A stretch of 64,000 nt of DNA from Paraspadella gotoi (taxonomy: Eukaryota > Animalia > Chaetognatha): NCBI GenBank assembly GCA_051294375.1, contig CM119269.1:2534699-2598698 (forward strand). Reading direction: 5' to 3'. The notes beneath the pieces are model-generated. The model was not told the origin of the DNA, did no database searches, and saw only the letters and a list, made by a program, of their open reading frames with translations. A program made the position numbers and the translations under genes. Position 1 is the stretch's first letter; each line of letters begins with the position of its first letter. This document shows, in pieces, positions 12,561-26,875 of this stretch.

Positions 12561-13354
12561 CTCCCTCGAAGCACGTGACTCGCCCGGGCTGCACTCACGC
12601 CTCGACGTCCCTCCTCCTCCTCCTCTTCCTCTTCCTTTTTTCTCCTCTTCCTCCTCTTCCTCCTCTCAACACCATGCTCGAGTCTAGTGTCAAATAAAAC
12701 TTGACGCATCTCAGACGCGGGGGAGACTTGGAAAAAAAAAGAAGAAAAAAAAAGTCTTTTCTTTACTTTTTTCACAAAGAAAAAATAAAAGACATTTTTT
12801 CTAAAAAATAAGTTTTTTTTTATTTTTTCGAATCGAAATTTTTTTTTTTTCACTCCGTCTCTCGCCATTTTCGCGCGTCCGCCATTTTGATTTCTTTCTT
12901 TTTTCTCGGAGGAAAAAAAATTTTCGATTTCGTATTCGAGAATTTAGATTTTTGTTTAGTTTGACCAAACTGACTTTTTTAGCTATATAATTTTGGGATC
13001 GATTATTATTAAACCTTTTCTTATTTTTTTCGTTTCCTAATTTTCCGGTTTTTTTTTGTCTTTTCCTCAATTTATTCATAATGAATTCACGCTTTTTGTT
13101 TTCAGACTTTCTTTAAAAAAAATTCTTTTTAACTTTTGTCCTTTTCCTTTCATCACGCCCTCTATTAGAAATGTTCTTTTTATTTTCTTTCTTTGATTTT
13201 TTTTTTCAATCTTCCTTTACCTTTAATTTTCTTTTTTCTTCTTTTCTTTCGACTCGATTTTCTATTTCTCATATTTTTCGTGAGAGATTTCGCTTTTCGT
13301 CAGAACTCTCCTCTGCTCTCTCTCTTCTCTCTCTCTCTCTTCTCTCTCTCTCTC

Positions 13355-13405
<51 letters not shown>

Positions 13406-13713
13406 CCGTCGTCTCTTAATTAATTTCTTTCGAGATTCCGTTCGAACTACAATTCTTTTCAATTTCTTCTCTCTCTTTTTTCCACATAATTTTCTCTTCA
13501 GTCTTTTCCGTTTTAGAAAATTTTTTTTTTCAAACAAATAATTCTGATTAAAAAAAAGTTTTGGAGAAAAAAAAGAGCGAGGCGGTCAACGTAATCAAGA
13601 ATAGCGAAATGAAGGAGAGAAATTTGAATATTGAGAAGGAATAAAAAAGAAGAATAAAGAGTGAAAAACCGGACCGAGACAGAGACAGTGAAAGAGAAAA
13701 CTTGAAATATTCA

Positions 13714-13784
<71 letters not shown>

Positions 13785-14641
13785 TGGCGAAAACCAAGAA
13801 AGGAAGGAAAGTAAATCTGTGGCTCTTTTCCCGCCTTTCCCATTTCTTGCAATTTTTGTCAACGTGCCTCGGCGGAGGCGGAAAAAATCCGGGAAAGGGC
13901 CGGAAAAAGCCGGAAACGCCCCTTTCCCTTCGATAACGTTGGATGCTGCAATTCCTTTCGATAATGGCAAAAATGTTGGAACAACCGATAATGGCCAAAA
14001 AAATAAATGGACGCCGCAATTTTCTTTTTTTTCCTATAATGGCAGAAAGGTGAAAAAAATTTCTTTAAAAAATGATTAAAAATTGCGCTAATGATTATTG
14101 ATAGCCATTAGCCAATGATGATCGCTAATGATTATCGATAGCGACGGCTAGAAAAGTGCCAGTCATTTTTATTTAAAACCACAGGGACGTGAGGTTAAGA
14201 TTTTCGCCAGACGATAAAAATTTAGAAATTGTGAAGTTTTCAGGCGGAGAAAAAGTAAGTGAATGGTTTTTGAAAAGGGAAAAACCGTAACACAAAAAAA
14301 AAAAAAAGATTTTTTTTGTTGCTGAGAACCGTGACCCGGCTTCTCCGCATTCACGGGTCTCGTCTTTGGAGCGAATTCCGCCATCTTCACATCGATTACG
14401 AAACTAATCAAATCTTCGGATTATTCGCACGATTGGTCTCGAGTCTCGACAGCGGACAACCCAACTGTTCGTTAAAGAGAAAACAAAACAAAACAAACTA
14501 AAAACATAACCCCCCCCCAAAAAAAAACAAAAAAAACCGACATCCGACGTTTGTTTGTTTTGTGCCGAGATCCTGCGTTGGAGCGCCTCCACCTTTAACA
14601 GGTAAATAAAGGTCGGGGTCATTCATGTTTTGTTTCACGCA

Positions 14642-14985
14642 TCAAGAATGGTTCATCCAATGCGTTGCGCCGCAGTGACTTCACGTGTATTTCCCTTTGA
14701 TCACATTGATATGACACGAAATGACATGACTAAACTCTTTCTTAGCCCGTGCATTTATGACATGCACGGCAGCAAAATTCCGTCTTTTATTCTTTATAGT
14801 TGAAGGCGGCGGTAGCAGTCCCATTGAGGTTTTTTTCTGTCTTAACAAATGAGCAACTAACTATAAGCAAATATATACATTTTTAACGTATGTGGGACCG
14901 ACCGACGGACAGACATACAGACCGACCGACCGACGGACAGACATACAGACCGACCGACCGACCTACTCGCGAGTACTCGCGGCGA
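14642..14985 (-). mobile_element. HINE/DINE-1-like non-autonomous Helentron, copy 1
   Basis: Shares GTTGCGCCGCAGTGACT, TTCACGTGTATTTCCCTTTGATCAC, GAAGGCGGCG, the (GACC/GACA)n tract and CGCGAGTACTCGCG with the other copies. Confidence 0.75.
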
Positions 14986-15224
14986 AAATTTGACGCTTTG
15001 CTGTCAAATCGATCGTAAATTCTGAATAAGTCGTTTTGAGCGATTCTCAATTAGCGGAGGATCAGCCTCGTTATCGATCATTAACATTCAAAGTCGCCAT
15101 CTTTGCGATTTTCGTGGGATTGAGTTTGAATCTTTTGCTAAAAGTCAATTTTTAGGGCGACAAGAAAGTCACGTTTGAGAGATTCGTTTACCAGTAAAAA
15201 TTCTAAATTTAACTTTTAACTTTT

Positions 15225-15495
15225 TAAAATTCTAAAAGTTAGGAATGAACAACGTTGTGTAAATATATATTTTTAAATTTTTGTAGTAGATTATATTTAT
15301 ATATAGTACTAACCCTATAAATGTTAAAATTTCGAAATTTTTAATTTTTGACTGCCATCAAAATTAAGAAAAGCCTATTTTGAAATTTTAGTATTTTTTA
15401 AGGATAGTTATACTACAAAAATTAAAAAAAAACATTTTTTTTATACAAATAACACTCATAGTACGTTGTTCATAATTGACTCTTAGAATTTTCAT
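15225..15495. mobile_element. Degraded palindromic MITE/foldback-like element
   Basis: Nested inverted matches: AAATTCTAAAAGT..ATGAACAACG / CGTTGTTCAT..ACTCTTAGAATTT; TTTTTGTAGTA / TACTACAAAAA; AAAATTTCGAAA / TTTTGAAATTTT. Confidence 0.55.
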
Positions 15496-16081
15496 TCATA
15501 ACTTTCACGACGCTCTAATTCCCAGTCAATGCGGACACTGCTGTCTCTATTGCATAGGTCGGTCCATCAGAGACGAATAACTAATAAATTATGTTAAATA
15601 ATAATAAAGAAAACGCCTGATTCAAGAAGACGCATTAACTAATATTAAACGTACCGAAACAGTGAACCAAGCCAGGTTTTATCGGGATTCATTTTCACCC
15701 ACAATCATTTTTCTATTTCCTCAAAAGAAAATATCGACGCTGAGGCTTGAGGGTGACCCCTCGAACCCTCGTTCCCGATGACCCCTCATTAAAAGGGGCA
15801 GGTCTAAACTTGTCTTTCTTCTCAACTTCTTACTCCTCATCCTCATCCTCTCACTCCTCCTCCTCATCCCTCTTTGCAAATAGAGCGGCATTCGTTTCAG
15901 AGTGACATATCGATCGCTTGGCCCCGTGGCATCCATGGCTCGGGTCCGGATTCGAACTCCTGACTGGAGATAATCATTTAAACGCGTCGATGTCTGAGCG
16001 GCTCGAAAAAGGAAACTGCGAGGTTCTCTATTTAATTGGGTCGAGGATTATAATCGAGGAGATAAATGAGGAGGAGGAGAT

Positions 16082-16160
<79 letters not shown>

Positions 16161-16652
16161 CTGAGACTAGAATGAGTATTATCTTCAGCATGACGTGAAG
16201 AATGTTTGTTCAATTTCACAACGTCACCAACTTCCCAAAAAAATCCCCTATCGCGAAAATAAAGTCTAGCTTATAATAAATCCTTTCCCCTTGGGAGGAC
16301 TATAACGACGACGACGACAACGACGACCGAAAACGACGACGACAACACGACGCAAGAGAGACGAGTTTGTCTCTACTTTGAAAGACGAGGATTCCTCATG
16401 AGGTAAACAATAGATAACTTGATCGAAATGAGAAGGTAAGGGCTTGAGGCGGGTAAGATCTAAGCGTTGGTGAGTGACCCGCAGATGGAGAGAAGCGACT
16501 ATTGGGTAGGGCCGAGGGGAGGACGAAACCTTTCGAATTAGAAAATGGCAATGAAAGAAATAGAATTAAAAATTGGCCAATGAGGAATATGGAGCGTGCT
16601 TGGTTAGTGGTGACCTATACAATACATTCCCCATTCTTTGTTCATCTAACTC

Positions 16653-16703
<51 letters not shown>

Positions 16704-16929
16704 CTCTTCTCTCTCCTCTCTCCTCTCTCTCTCCTCTCCTCCTCCTCTATCTCGCTCCCCTCTCTTCTCACAATCGCTTCATTCAATTTACATATCAGAT
16801 CCTGTATGGAGACGATGATAACGAAGACGACGACGACGACGACGACGACGACGAAGGAAACAAAAATGGAAGAGAACGCGGCCGAGAGTTGAAACGAGGC
16901 TGGTGGAGGAAAAGGGGGGAGAAAGGGGG

Positions 16930-17345
16930 AGGATGAAAAAAAGGAGATTGGAAGAAAAAGGAAAAGAGCAAAAGGAGAAAATAAGGAAAACAGAAAAAGG
17001 AGAAAATAAGGAAAAGAGAAAAAGGAGAAAAAAAGGAAAAGAGAAAAAGGAGAAAATAAGGAAAAGTTCAAAAGGAGAAAATAAGGAAAAGAGAAAAAGG
17101 AGAAAAAAAAAGAGCAAATGGAGAAATTAAGGAAAAGAGCAAAAGGAGAAAAAAAGGGAAAAAAGAGCAAAATGAGAAAAAAGGAAAAGAGCAAAAGGAG
17201 AAAAAAAATAAAAGAGCCAAAGGAGAAAATAAGGAAAAGAGCAAAAGGAGAAAAAAAGGAAAAGAGCAAAAGGAGAAAATAAGGAAAGGAGCAAAAGGGA
17301 AAAAAAAAGAAAAGAGCAAAAGGAAAGGAAAGGAAAAAAGGGGAA
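16930..17345. repeat. Purine-rich ~25-bp minisatellite (AAGGAAAAGAGCAAAAGGAGAAAAT); inverted copy ~23270-23670
   Basis: Direct reading. Confidence 0.85.
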
Positions 17346-17454
17346 AAGGGCAAGAAGCGGGAAGGAAATATGGGAGAAGAAAAGCGACCCGAAAGAGGGA
17401 GTCGGAGAGAAAAGAGAAGAAAAAAATGTGGAGAGAGATCTGACAATATTGAAA

Positions 17455-17610
17455 GAGAGAGGTTGGATTAGAAAGGATGATAGAGAGGTCGAACGACGTT
17501 GAGAGAGGTTGAACTAGAGAGGATTATAGAGAGGTCGAACGAAGTTGAGAGAGGTTGGACGAGAGAGGAGGATAGAGAGGTCGAACAACGGTGAGAGAGG
17601 TTGGGTCGAA
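17455..17610. repeat. ~46-bp tandem repeat x3.5
   Basis: GAGAGGTTG...ATAGAGAGGTCGAAC recurs. Confidence 0.8.
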
Positions 17611-17913
17611 AAAGAGAGGGTCTAAGGGTCTACGGTCGCCGAGCGGAGATTTATCGAATGGATCTCGAGAATAATTTATTCGTTCGATGATGACGACGAA
17701 AAGTGAAGAATAAAAAAAATCGGGAGAAAAAAAAAGGAAAGGAAGAAAAGAAAGATGGAGAAAAAAGGAGATAATTAAGGAAGGAATAGAAAAAAAGGGA
17801 AAGTAGAGAAAATGGAAGAGAAGAAAGATGGAGAAAAAAGAGATAAGGATATAGATATTTAAAAAAAGACAAAAGTAATAAGTAAGTAGTAATCATCAGT
17901 GTATAAATTTAAA

Positions 17914-18165
17914 AACAAGAACGGTAATTCCAAGGTGTTGCTCGAAGTGGCGCAGTGGCACAGTAATTATTTTTAATTTAAGTTTTTTTCTGGTCTTATT
18001 AAGAGCAATCAATCTAATAAGGCAAATTGTACGGCATAAACAGAAACATTTTAAAACAGAATGGGACATGACGGACTGAGCCGACGGACGACCCGACCCA
18101 CACGACAGACCACAGGACCGAAAAGTGATTTATAGAGTTGCTCCGCGAGTACTCGCAGCGCAAAT
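17914..18165 (-). mobile_element. HINE-like element, copy 2 (internally deleted)
   Basis: AACAAGAACGGTAATTCCAA at one end and GAAAAGTGATTTATAGAGTTGCTCCGCGAGTACTCGCAGCGCAA at the other. Confidence 0.75.
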
Positions 18166-19714
18166 AAAAAAAGAGTAGTAAGAGAGAGTCAAGAAAAGAA
18201 AAAAAAAAGAGGCGATGATGGTCTGGCGATAAGGAAAGAGCGTGACATCAGCGCGTGACACAATGGGTTAGTCTCGGGGAATATAAAAAACGTTCTCGCG
18301 GAATAATAATTCACGAGTAAAGATTAATTAACTGTGAAGAAATGGTTAATAGTTTGGTAAAAAAAAACATAAAAAATAATCGTTGTAANNNNNNNNNNNN
18401 NNNNNNNNNNNNNNNNNNNNNNNNNNNNNNNNNNNNNNNNNNNNNNNNNNNNNNNNNNNNNNNNNNNNNNNNNNNNNNNNNNNNNNATTCTTCGAGCCAT
18501 GTTCTTCGTTCACTCTCTCTTCTCCTCTCTTACTCTCTCTCTCTCTCTATCATCTCTCTCTTCTCTCTCTCTTCCTCTCTCCTCCTCTTTCTCTCCTCTC
18601 TCTCTTTCTTCTTAAAATTGAATTTTTCCCGGAAGTGTTCGACCGACGCGAGGCCGCGGGTGCCTCCATCTATGATGGGCTCCCAACTCGTCCATCCGCT
18701 ATCCGGGATATCACCTCTCCCTTAAACGATTTTTTCGCACCCGTGCAAACCTACCTTTCCACCACACCCACTACTTTCCCTTTAAAATACCCTTCCACCC
18801 CACCACCCTACTACTTTCCCTTTAAATGCCGATCCTGTCTTTCGCAATAAACGCCTGTCAGGACTCGAAAAAACCAATATNNNNNNNNNNNNNNNNNNNN
18901 NNNNNNNNNNNNNNNNNNNNNNNNNNNNNNNNNNNNNNNNNNNNNNNNNNNNNNNNNNNNNNNNNNNNNNNNNNNNNNNNNNNNNNNNNNNNNNNNNNNN
19001 NNNNNNNNNNNNNNNNNNNNNNNNNNNNNNNNNNNNNNNNNNNNNNNNNNNNNNNNNNNNNNNNNNNNNNNNNNNNTTTACGCACATTTTCTTTGTTATC
19101 ATCATAACTAATGTTTACTTTTTGTACGTAGTAATCAAATAGTATATATATATATATACGATTAAATTATTACGAATCGAGATGCCGCTCATTAGACTTC
19201 CGCTTTTTCCTCGTCCTCTCAATCCGTCCGCCTTTCTCCCCGTCAATCCATCGACGGCCAATCCATTTACATCCGGGTTATGTCCGGCGGATGATATTCG
19301 ACGCACGCGCAGTCGCGATTTCACACGTGACAAATTTATTTCCTCGACTTATTATTTTCTAGACGATTATTATTTCCAGGGTCGCGGGTTTTTGGTCGTT
19401 TCCGTCGTCGTTGTCGTCGTCGTTGTCGTCGTTGTCTTCATCATATTTGTCTTTGCCGTCATTGTCAATTTGTCATTATCATTGTCAAGCTGACAATCAA
19501 AAAATCAAGCATACATAATAATTAATAATTTAAATGAAGCATCATCGTCATTTTCGCAATATGATTGTGTTTGTAATTAACTTTATCATCATCATCATAA
19601 TTATTATCTTTAGACTATCTATCTCCATCATAATCATCATCAAACATCATTAGTATCATCATCAATTCATCATATATCATCATCTTCATCCTCGACGTCG
19701 TCATGATCATCTCA

Positions 19715-19746
<32 letters not shown>

Positions 19747-22418
19747 GGTCCACGCAAAGATGATTGAGGAATTAAGTCTCGGCTTAAAATTTAAAAATGA
19801 CCATTCGATTTTAACGAGCAGATGGCGCGTCAATTCCCGCAAGATGTCGGTTGTTGACGCTGATCGTCGATTGCGGTCGTTGACTCTTGGACGTCGGCGT
19901 CGACGGACAAAAATAAGATCGCGATTCGGACTAACGAAAGTGAAAGAACGTCTCTTCTTCGTTCTTTCCCGCAGAGGGCCGTGCTCAGGATCAGGCGCGA
20001 CCTCTCACGAAAATTAAAGATTCGACCGGATCACGAATTTAAAGCGACGAAGGAGAAAAAGCTGGAAGAGTGAAATTCGCTGACGCCGAATGTCGAAAGT
20101 TGTGGTCAGGTGAACGATGGAAATTTTAAGAAAACAATTGAAATTGAATTAAGAGGGAAAAAATAAAATAGAACTGAATAAAAATATAAATTTAGAAACT
20201 GGCCGCTTATTTTTTTTTTTGCCAAAGGACTGTAAGAGGATTTTTTAAAAAACTTTTGCGACTAATGTTTACAGTGTTTCACATGTAACAAAAGTTGTGA
20301 TTGGAGGACTGTTAAGGTGTAATGATTAAAAAACAAAAGTTTGCCTTGTGATTTGCTTTTTTTCTATGCATATATTAACGACTTGGTTTCTTAACGAGGT
20401 AGGAATAGATAAAGAGAGGGCCAGAATCTGAGGGTAAACGAAAACATTATTTCTCAACCCTTGATACAATATAGTCTCATGGATTATATTTCGTAAATTG
20501 TAGAATCACCACATATCTACGTAAAACTTGAAAGTCAATTCGGACTAAAATGAGAAATAATGTTTTTTTTTAAAAAGTACATTTGTCGTCGCCCCAATCT
20601 TTACCTTCTCTCTTCGATTTGTTTGCGCATTGCGCGTCTGATAAGAACTATGGCGTTTGAACACGTCTCAGCCGTCACAACCCCTTTCGACGTCGCCAGG
20701 AAAACGATTTGAATTATGTTTCTCAGTGGTGGTCAGGGGTCAGTGGAGGTCAGTGGTTCAGTGTTCGAGTGTTATCGTTAGGCTTTCGTCCTTGATTGTT
20801 GATATCATACTCAGAGCCAGGTATTTACTGACTTACTTACTAGTGAGATCTCCCCCACATCTTTGCCCTACTGATTGTATGTTGCTTGTCATCTCTGCTT
20901 GGTCGAGAAAAGAGGCTGAGCTCGGTTCCCCGTCCTTTATATCCGCTTCGTCCTCCGTCCTTCCGCTTTTAAGCCGAGACTTAATTGTCTCAATCATCTT
21001 TGCGTGGACGTGACCGACACGACGACGACGACGGACGACGACGACTGAGATGATCATGACGACGTCGAGGATGTACAGATGATGATATAATGATGGAATT
21101 AGATGAATTTATTAATGATGGTTGATGATGATTATGATGAGAAGATATTGAAAATAATTATATATGATTAAAATTAAATTACAAACCCAATATGTCTAAA
21201 TACGATGATGCTTCATTTAATGTATGCTTGATATTTTTGATTGTCAGTCTTGAATAATAATAATGACAAATTGACAATGACGGCAAAAGACAAATATGAT
21301 GAGACAACGACGACAACGACCTGACGACAAAGACGACGGAAACGACCCCCAAAAACCCCCCTTACGGAAAATAATACTAGAAAATAAAATTAAGTCAGTA
21401 GAAAATAAAAGACGTGTCACGTGTGAAATCCGGCGATGCTGTCTGTCGTAATATCACTCCGCGACGAACAAATAAATATCCCTGATTAATCGAAACGGAA
21501 ACAAAAGCGGAAGTCTCATGAGCACTCCTCCATTCGTAAATAATTAATCGTATATATATATATACTTTGATACTACGTACAAAAGTAAACATTAGTTAAT
21601 GATAACAAAGAAATGCGGTAAAAGAAGTTCTATAACATTAAGAGAGAGTGGGTGAAATAGACAGAGAAGAATAGAGAAGAAGAGAGAGATGAATAGAAGA
21701 GAGAGAGAGTAAGACATGAGAAAGAAAAAGTAGAAGAGAGAGGAGAGAGAGAGAGAGAGAGGAGGGGGGCTCTCGAGCCTTTGTCGCGCTATTGGTTTTT
21801 TCGAGTCCTGACAGGCGTTTATTGCGAAAGACAGGATCGCATTTTAAAGGAAAGATATAAGGTTGGGAGAGGGTAGGTGGCGGGTAGGGTGCGAAAAGAC
21901 ATACCGCCGAATTAAGAATATAAAACATATAAAGGGGGTAGATAGTCCCGAGTAGCGGGATTGGAGGAGTTGGGAGGCACATCAAGGAGATGGAGGGCGA
22001 CCCGGGCGCTCGCGTCGGGTCGAAACTTCCGGGAAAAAGTTTCATTTTTATAAGAGAAGAGAAAGGAGATGAGAGAGAGAGGAGAGAGAGAGAGAGAACG
22101 AGATGAGAGAGAGAGAGAGAGAGGAGAGAGAGAGCAGAGAGAGATGAGACTAAGAGCTGGCCTCGAAGAATTTACAAACGATTATTTTTTTATGTTTTTT
22201 TTTACCAAACTATTAAACACATTTCTTCACAAAGTGTTATTAATCTTTACTAGTGAATTATTTATTCTCCGCAGAGAAAGTTTTTTATATCCCCACGAGA
22301 CTAACGCCATGTTGTCAACGGCGCTGATGTCACGCTCGTTTCCGTTTATCGCCAAGACCATCATGCGGCTCTTTTTTTTTCTTTTCTGACTCTCGTCTTT
22401 AGTCTTACTACTTTTTTT

Positions 22419-22680
22419 ATTTGCGAGCTGCGAGTACTCGCGGAGTCAACTCTATAGAAGTACACTTTTCGGTCGGTCTGGTCGGTGGGTCGTCGCGTCC
22501 GACGGTCGGTCCGTTCTAGTCCCACTTCCGTTTAAAATGCATCACAGATTATGCCTATAGTTGATTTGCTTCATTTATTAAGACAAAAAAAAGCTTAAAA
22601 TAGAAAAAGAATTACCTTGTGTGCCACTGTGGGCGCACTTCCGGACAACACCCTTGGAATTACCGCAGGTTCTTGTTTTT
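22419..22680 (+). mobile_element. HINE-like element, inverted duplicate of copy 2
   Basis: TTGCGAGCTGCGAGTACTCGCGGAGTCAACTCTATAG...TTGGAATTACCG..TTCTTGTT. Confidence 0.7.
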
Positions 22681-23919
22681 TAAAATTTCTACACTGTATG
22701 ATACACTTACTTACTTTCTTTGATCCTATTTTTTTAATATCTATATCATTATCTCTTTTTTTCTCCACGTCTTTCTTTTTCTTCCATTTTCTCTACTTTC
22801 CCTTTTTTTTTTCTATTCCTTCCTTAATTATCTCCTTTTTCTCATCTTTCTTTTCTTCCTTTCCTTTTTTTTTTTCTCCCCGATTTTTTTATTCTTCACT
22901 TTTTTCGTCGTCATCATCGAACGAATAAATTATTCCGGAGATCCTTTCGATAAATCTCCGCTCGGCGACCGTAGACCCTTAGACCCTCTCTTTTTCGACC
23001 CAACTCTCTCACCGTTGGTTCGACCTCTCTATCCTCCTCTCTCGTTCCAACCTCTCTCAACTTCGACCTCTCTATAATCCTCTTCTAGTTCAAACCTCTC
23101 TCAACGCGTCATTCGACCTCTTCTATCATCCTTTCTAATCCAACCTCTCTCTTTCAATATTGTCAGATCTCTCTCCACATTTTTTCTTTCTCTTTTCTAT
23201 CCGACTCCCTCTTCGGGTCGCTTTCTTCTCCCATATTTCCTTCCCGCTTCTTGCCCTTTTCCCCCATTTTTTCTTTCCTTTCCTTTTAGCTCTTTTCTTT
23301 TTTTTTCCCTTTTGCCTCCTTTCCTTAATTTTTCCTTTTGCTCTTTTCCTTTTTTCTCCTTTTGCTCTTTTCTTATTTTCTCCTTTTGGCTCTTTTATTT
23401 TTTTTTATCCTTTTGCTCTTTTCCTTTTTTTCATTTTGCTCTTTTTATCCCTTTTTTCTCCTTTTGCTCTTTTCCTATATTCTCCATTTGCTCTTTTTTT
23501 TTCCTTTTTTCTCTTTTCCTTTTTTTTCTCCTTTTGAACTTTTCCTTATTTTCTCTTTCCTTTTCTCGTTTTCCTTTTTTCTCCTTTTTCTCTTTTCCTT
23601 ATTTCTCCTTTTTCTGTTTTCCTTATTTCTCCTTTGCTCTTTTCCTTTTTCTTCCAATCTCCTTTTTTTCATCCTCCCTTCTCCCCGCTTTTCCTCCACC
23701 AGCCGTCGTTTTCAACTCGTCCCGCGTTTCTCTTCCATTTTTGTCCTCGTCTCGTCCGTCTCGTTCGTCTTCGTTATCATCGTCTCCATACAGAATCCTG
23801 ATATGTAAATTTGGATAAAGCATCGTGGTGAGACAGAGAGAGGGGAAGAGGTAGAGTGAGGGAGAGAGATGAGAGAAAAGAGAAAGAGAGAGAGAGAGAG
23901 AGAATTGTTCAGAGCGGAT

Positions 23920-23965
<46 letters not shown>

Positions 23966-25497
23966 CTTTGAGTTAAGATTGAGACCAAAGAATGGGGGAC
24001 ATGTATTGTATAGGTCACCCCTCACTAACCAGACGCTCATTCTATTTCTCATTGGCCAATTTTTAATTCTATCTTCCATTGGCAATTTCTAATTCTCGAA
24101 AGGTTTACGTCCTTCCCTCGCCTTACCCAATAGTCGCTCCTCTCCATCTCGGGTCAACTTCCAACGTTAAAAGACTTACCGCCTCAAGCCACTTACTTCC
24201 ATTCATCTTCGACCAAAGGTTATCTATTGTTTACCTCAGTGAGAAATCTCGGTTTTCTAGAGAGACAAACCTCGTCGTCGTTCGTTGTCGTCGTCGTTTT
24301 CGTCGTCGTTTTCGTCGTCGTTGTGCCCGTTGTTCTCGTCGTCGTTATAGTCTCTCTCCAAAGGGGAAAGGAATTTATTATTAAGCCTAAGTATCTTTTT
24401 TCGCCGATAGTGGCGGGGATTTTTTTTGGGGAGAAGTTGGTGAGGTTGTGAAATTGAACAATCATTCTCACGTCATTGCAGAGATAATTATTATTTAGGT
24501 CTCACAAGTCCTCTCTGCTCCTCTCTACTCCTTTTCTCTCCTCTCTCTCCTCTCTCTCTCTCTCTCCATCCTCTCCTTTCCTCTCTTTATCTCTCTCGAT
24601 TGAGTAGCCTGCGACCAATTAAATAGGGACACTCGGCAGTTTTCCCTTTTTCGAGCCGCTCAGACATCGACGCGATTAAATGATTAATCTCCAGGTAGGA
24701 GTTCGAAATCCGGGGACCCGAGCCATGCCATGCTGCGGGCAAGCCGATCGATATTTCACTCTGAACGATGCGTCTATTTGCAAAGAGGGATTGAAGGAGG
24801 AGAGGAGTGAGAGGATGAGGATGAGGAGTAAGAAGTTGAGAAGAAAGACAAGTTTAGACCTGCCCCCTTTTAGATTGAGGGTCATCGGGGAACGAGGGTT
24901 CGAAGGGGTCACCTCAAGCCTTCCAGCGTTGATATTTTCTTTTTGAGGGAAATACGAAAAATGATTGTGGGTTTGAAAATGAATCCCGATTAAAACCTGC
25001 GTTGGTTCACTGTTCGGTACGTTAATATTAGTATCTCCTCTCCNNNNNNNNNNNNNNNNNNNNNNNNNGGTCATTTTACGGGAAAGGCTAATTATTGAAT
25101 TGAGATACTCACCATAGCAGATAAATCGGAAAATCTCTGTGAAATTATCTTAAATTTCCTGACAAAACGAAGTTTTAGTTTTAAATCACCAAAAAATTAC
25201 GCCGTTAAAATTATTGAAAAACTTGAAAAAAGGATAAGAAAAGAAAAGAAAAAGACGAGATTTTCCGGTTCTCCAGGATAAGGTTAAACAGGTCCATTTA
25301 ATTTTTCATACATAAAAAAATATAGTAAATAAAGCAGGATTTTTTTGTTCAGTTTTCCGTTTCGTATTAAAGGTGATCATTCAAGTTTAATTTATCATTG
25401 AGGAAATTAATTTGTATATTTTGCAAAGTATACATCATGAAACAGAAGATGACGAAAGATGACGACGACCACGATCACAATGACGACGACGATAACG

Positions 25498-25530
<33 letters not shown>

Positions 25531-25686
25531 ACGCGCGTTTTCACAAAAGAAAGAAAAAAGTTTGTGAGATTTTCCGTTCGACTGGAGTTTTTCTCGGCGT
25601 CGGTTTTTGAGACTCAGAGGTGAAGACCAAAACAAGTCGAAGCACAAGACGGGGAGACGCCTCAGGCGGGCGGGTGACGCTTGACG

Positions 25687-25817
<131 letters not shown>

Positions 25818-26875
25818 TTTAGGCGAGTACTCAAAAAACCTCCCGAGGTTTTTTGCGTCTTTTTCGTCTTTCATTTCATAAAAAAAAAAGAAAAAGGCGA
25901 CTTGTAAATTGCAACAATTGCTTCTGTCGTTTGAATCGCGGGAAAAAATGAAAGAGAAGCTTTAAAAGAGAGACACTTGTCAAGCGACGATGCGTGGAGG
26001 AAAATGAATATCTGAGTTGGTAGGTCTACGTATATTTTGAGCGTGGAGAGAGGGAGTGTACGAACGTAGATGAAAGAGAAGAAAAAGCAGAATAGGGAAA
26101 TTAAAATAAATATGAGGGTAGAAAAAGTAAGTGAGAATGGGAAGCGAGGTAATAATTGGTATCGAATGAGTCTTTCTTATTACCATTCCAAAAAGGTAAT
26201 AAAAGTAAGTAGAAGCATCTCAGCGACGTTTACAGTTGTTGTGCTCTACGACCAAATCTCAGCCATTATGAGATTGTTTCATGAAAAAAGAAGAACCAAA
26301 AAAAAATAAAGGAAAGAAGATAGAGTTAGAGACACAAACAATTACAAGGAGATAAAAACACAGAAAGAATTAAAGAAAGAAAAAGGAAAGATCGTAGAGT
26401 GAGAGGGGCAGAGAAATAGAAAGAGAAACAGAGAAACAAAGAAAGATAATGAAAAAGAAGAAATATTGAGAGCGACAGGGAAATAAAAAGAAAAAGTGAG
26501 AAACAGAGAAAGATAAGGAAAAAGAGAAAAAAGGGAAAGAGTGAGAGCGAGAGGGAAATAAAAAGGGATAGAGAAAAAGAGACGGTTTATTTTCAGTTCC
26601 CCGCTGTAAAAAAAAAAAAAATGAGGGGGAAGTTTGAACGAATCTAATCTCGATCTTTGGCACATGGAGTTAACCCTTCAGCTTCGCCATTCTCTTTCCC
26701 TTTTTTGCCTTGCGTTGTCATGACAACTCGCGCCCCCCCCCGCCTACGCAAACAGAATTGGCGGTCTTGCTCTGTTCGCTCGCCCGAACTGACCCGGCTT
26801 TAATTGCCCCTCATCCCGCTACTCAATCCTGGCCCCTTCCCACTTCCACCCTCCTCTCTCTCCATCTCATCAGCC

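Larger units (their letters stand above)
15635..25032. repeat. ~4.1-kb inverted duplication (arms 15635-19789 and 20968-25032, ~1.2-kb spacer)
   Basis: Colinear reverse-complement matches throughout, e.g. 15640-15960 vs 24690-25030, 17600-17700 vs 22905-23000, 19740-19789 vs 20968-21015. Confidence 0.93.

Noticed and set aside
15930-15970. B-box-like GTTCGAATCC (minus strand; copy at ~24700)
   Set aside because: No A-box or cloverleaf and the T-stem does not pair, so not a tRNA and no supportable SINE.
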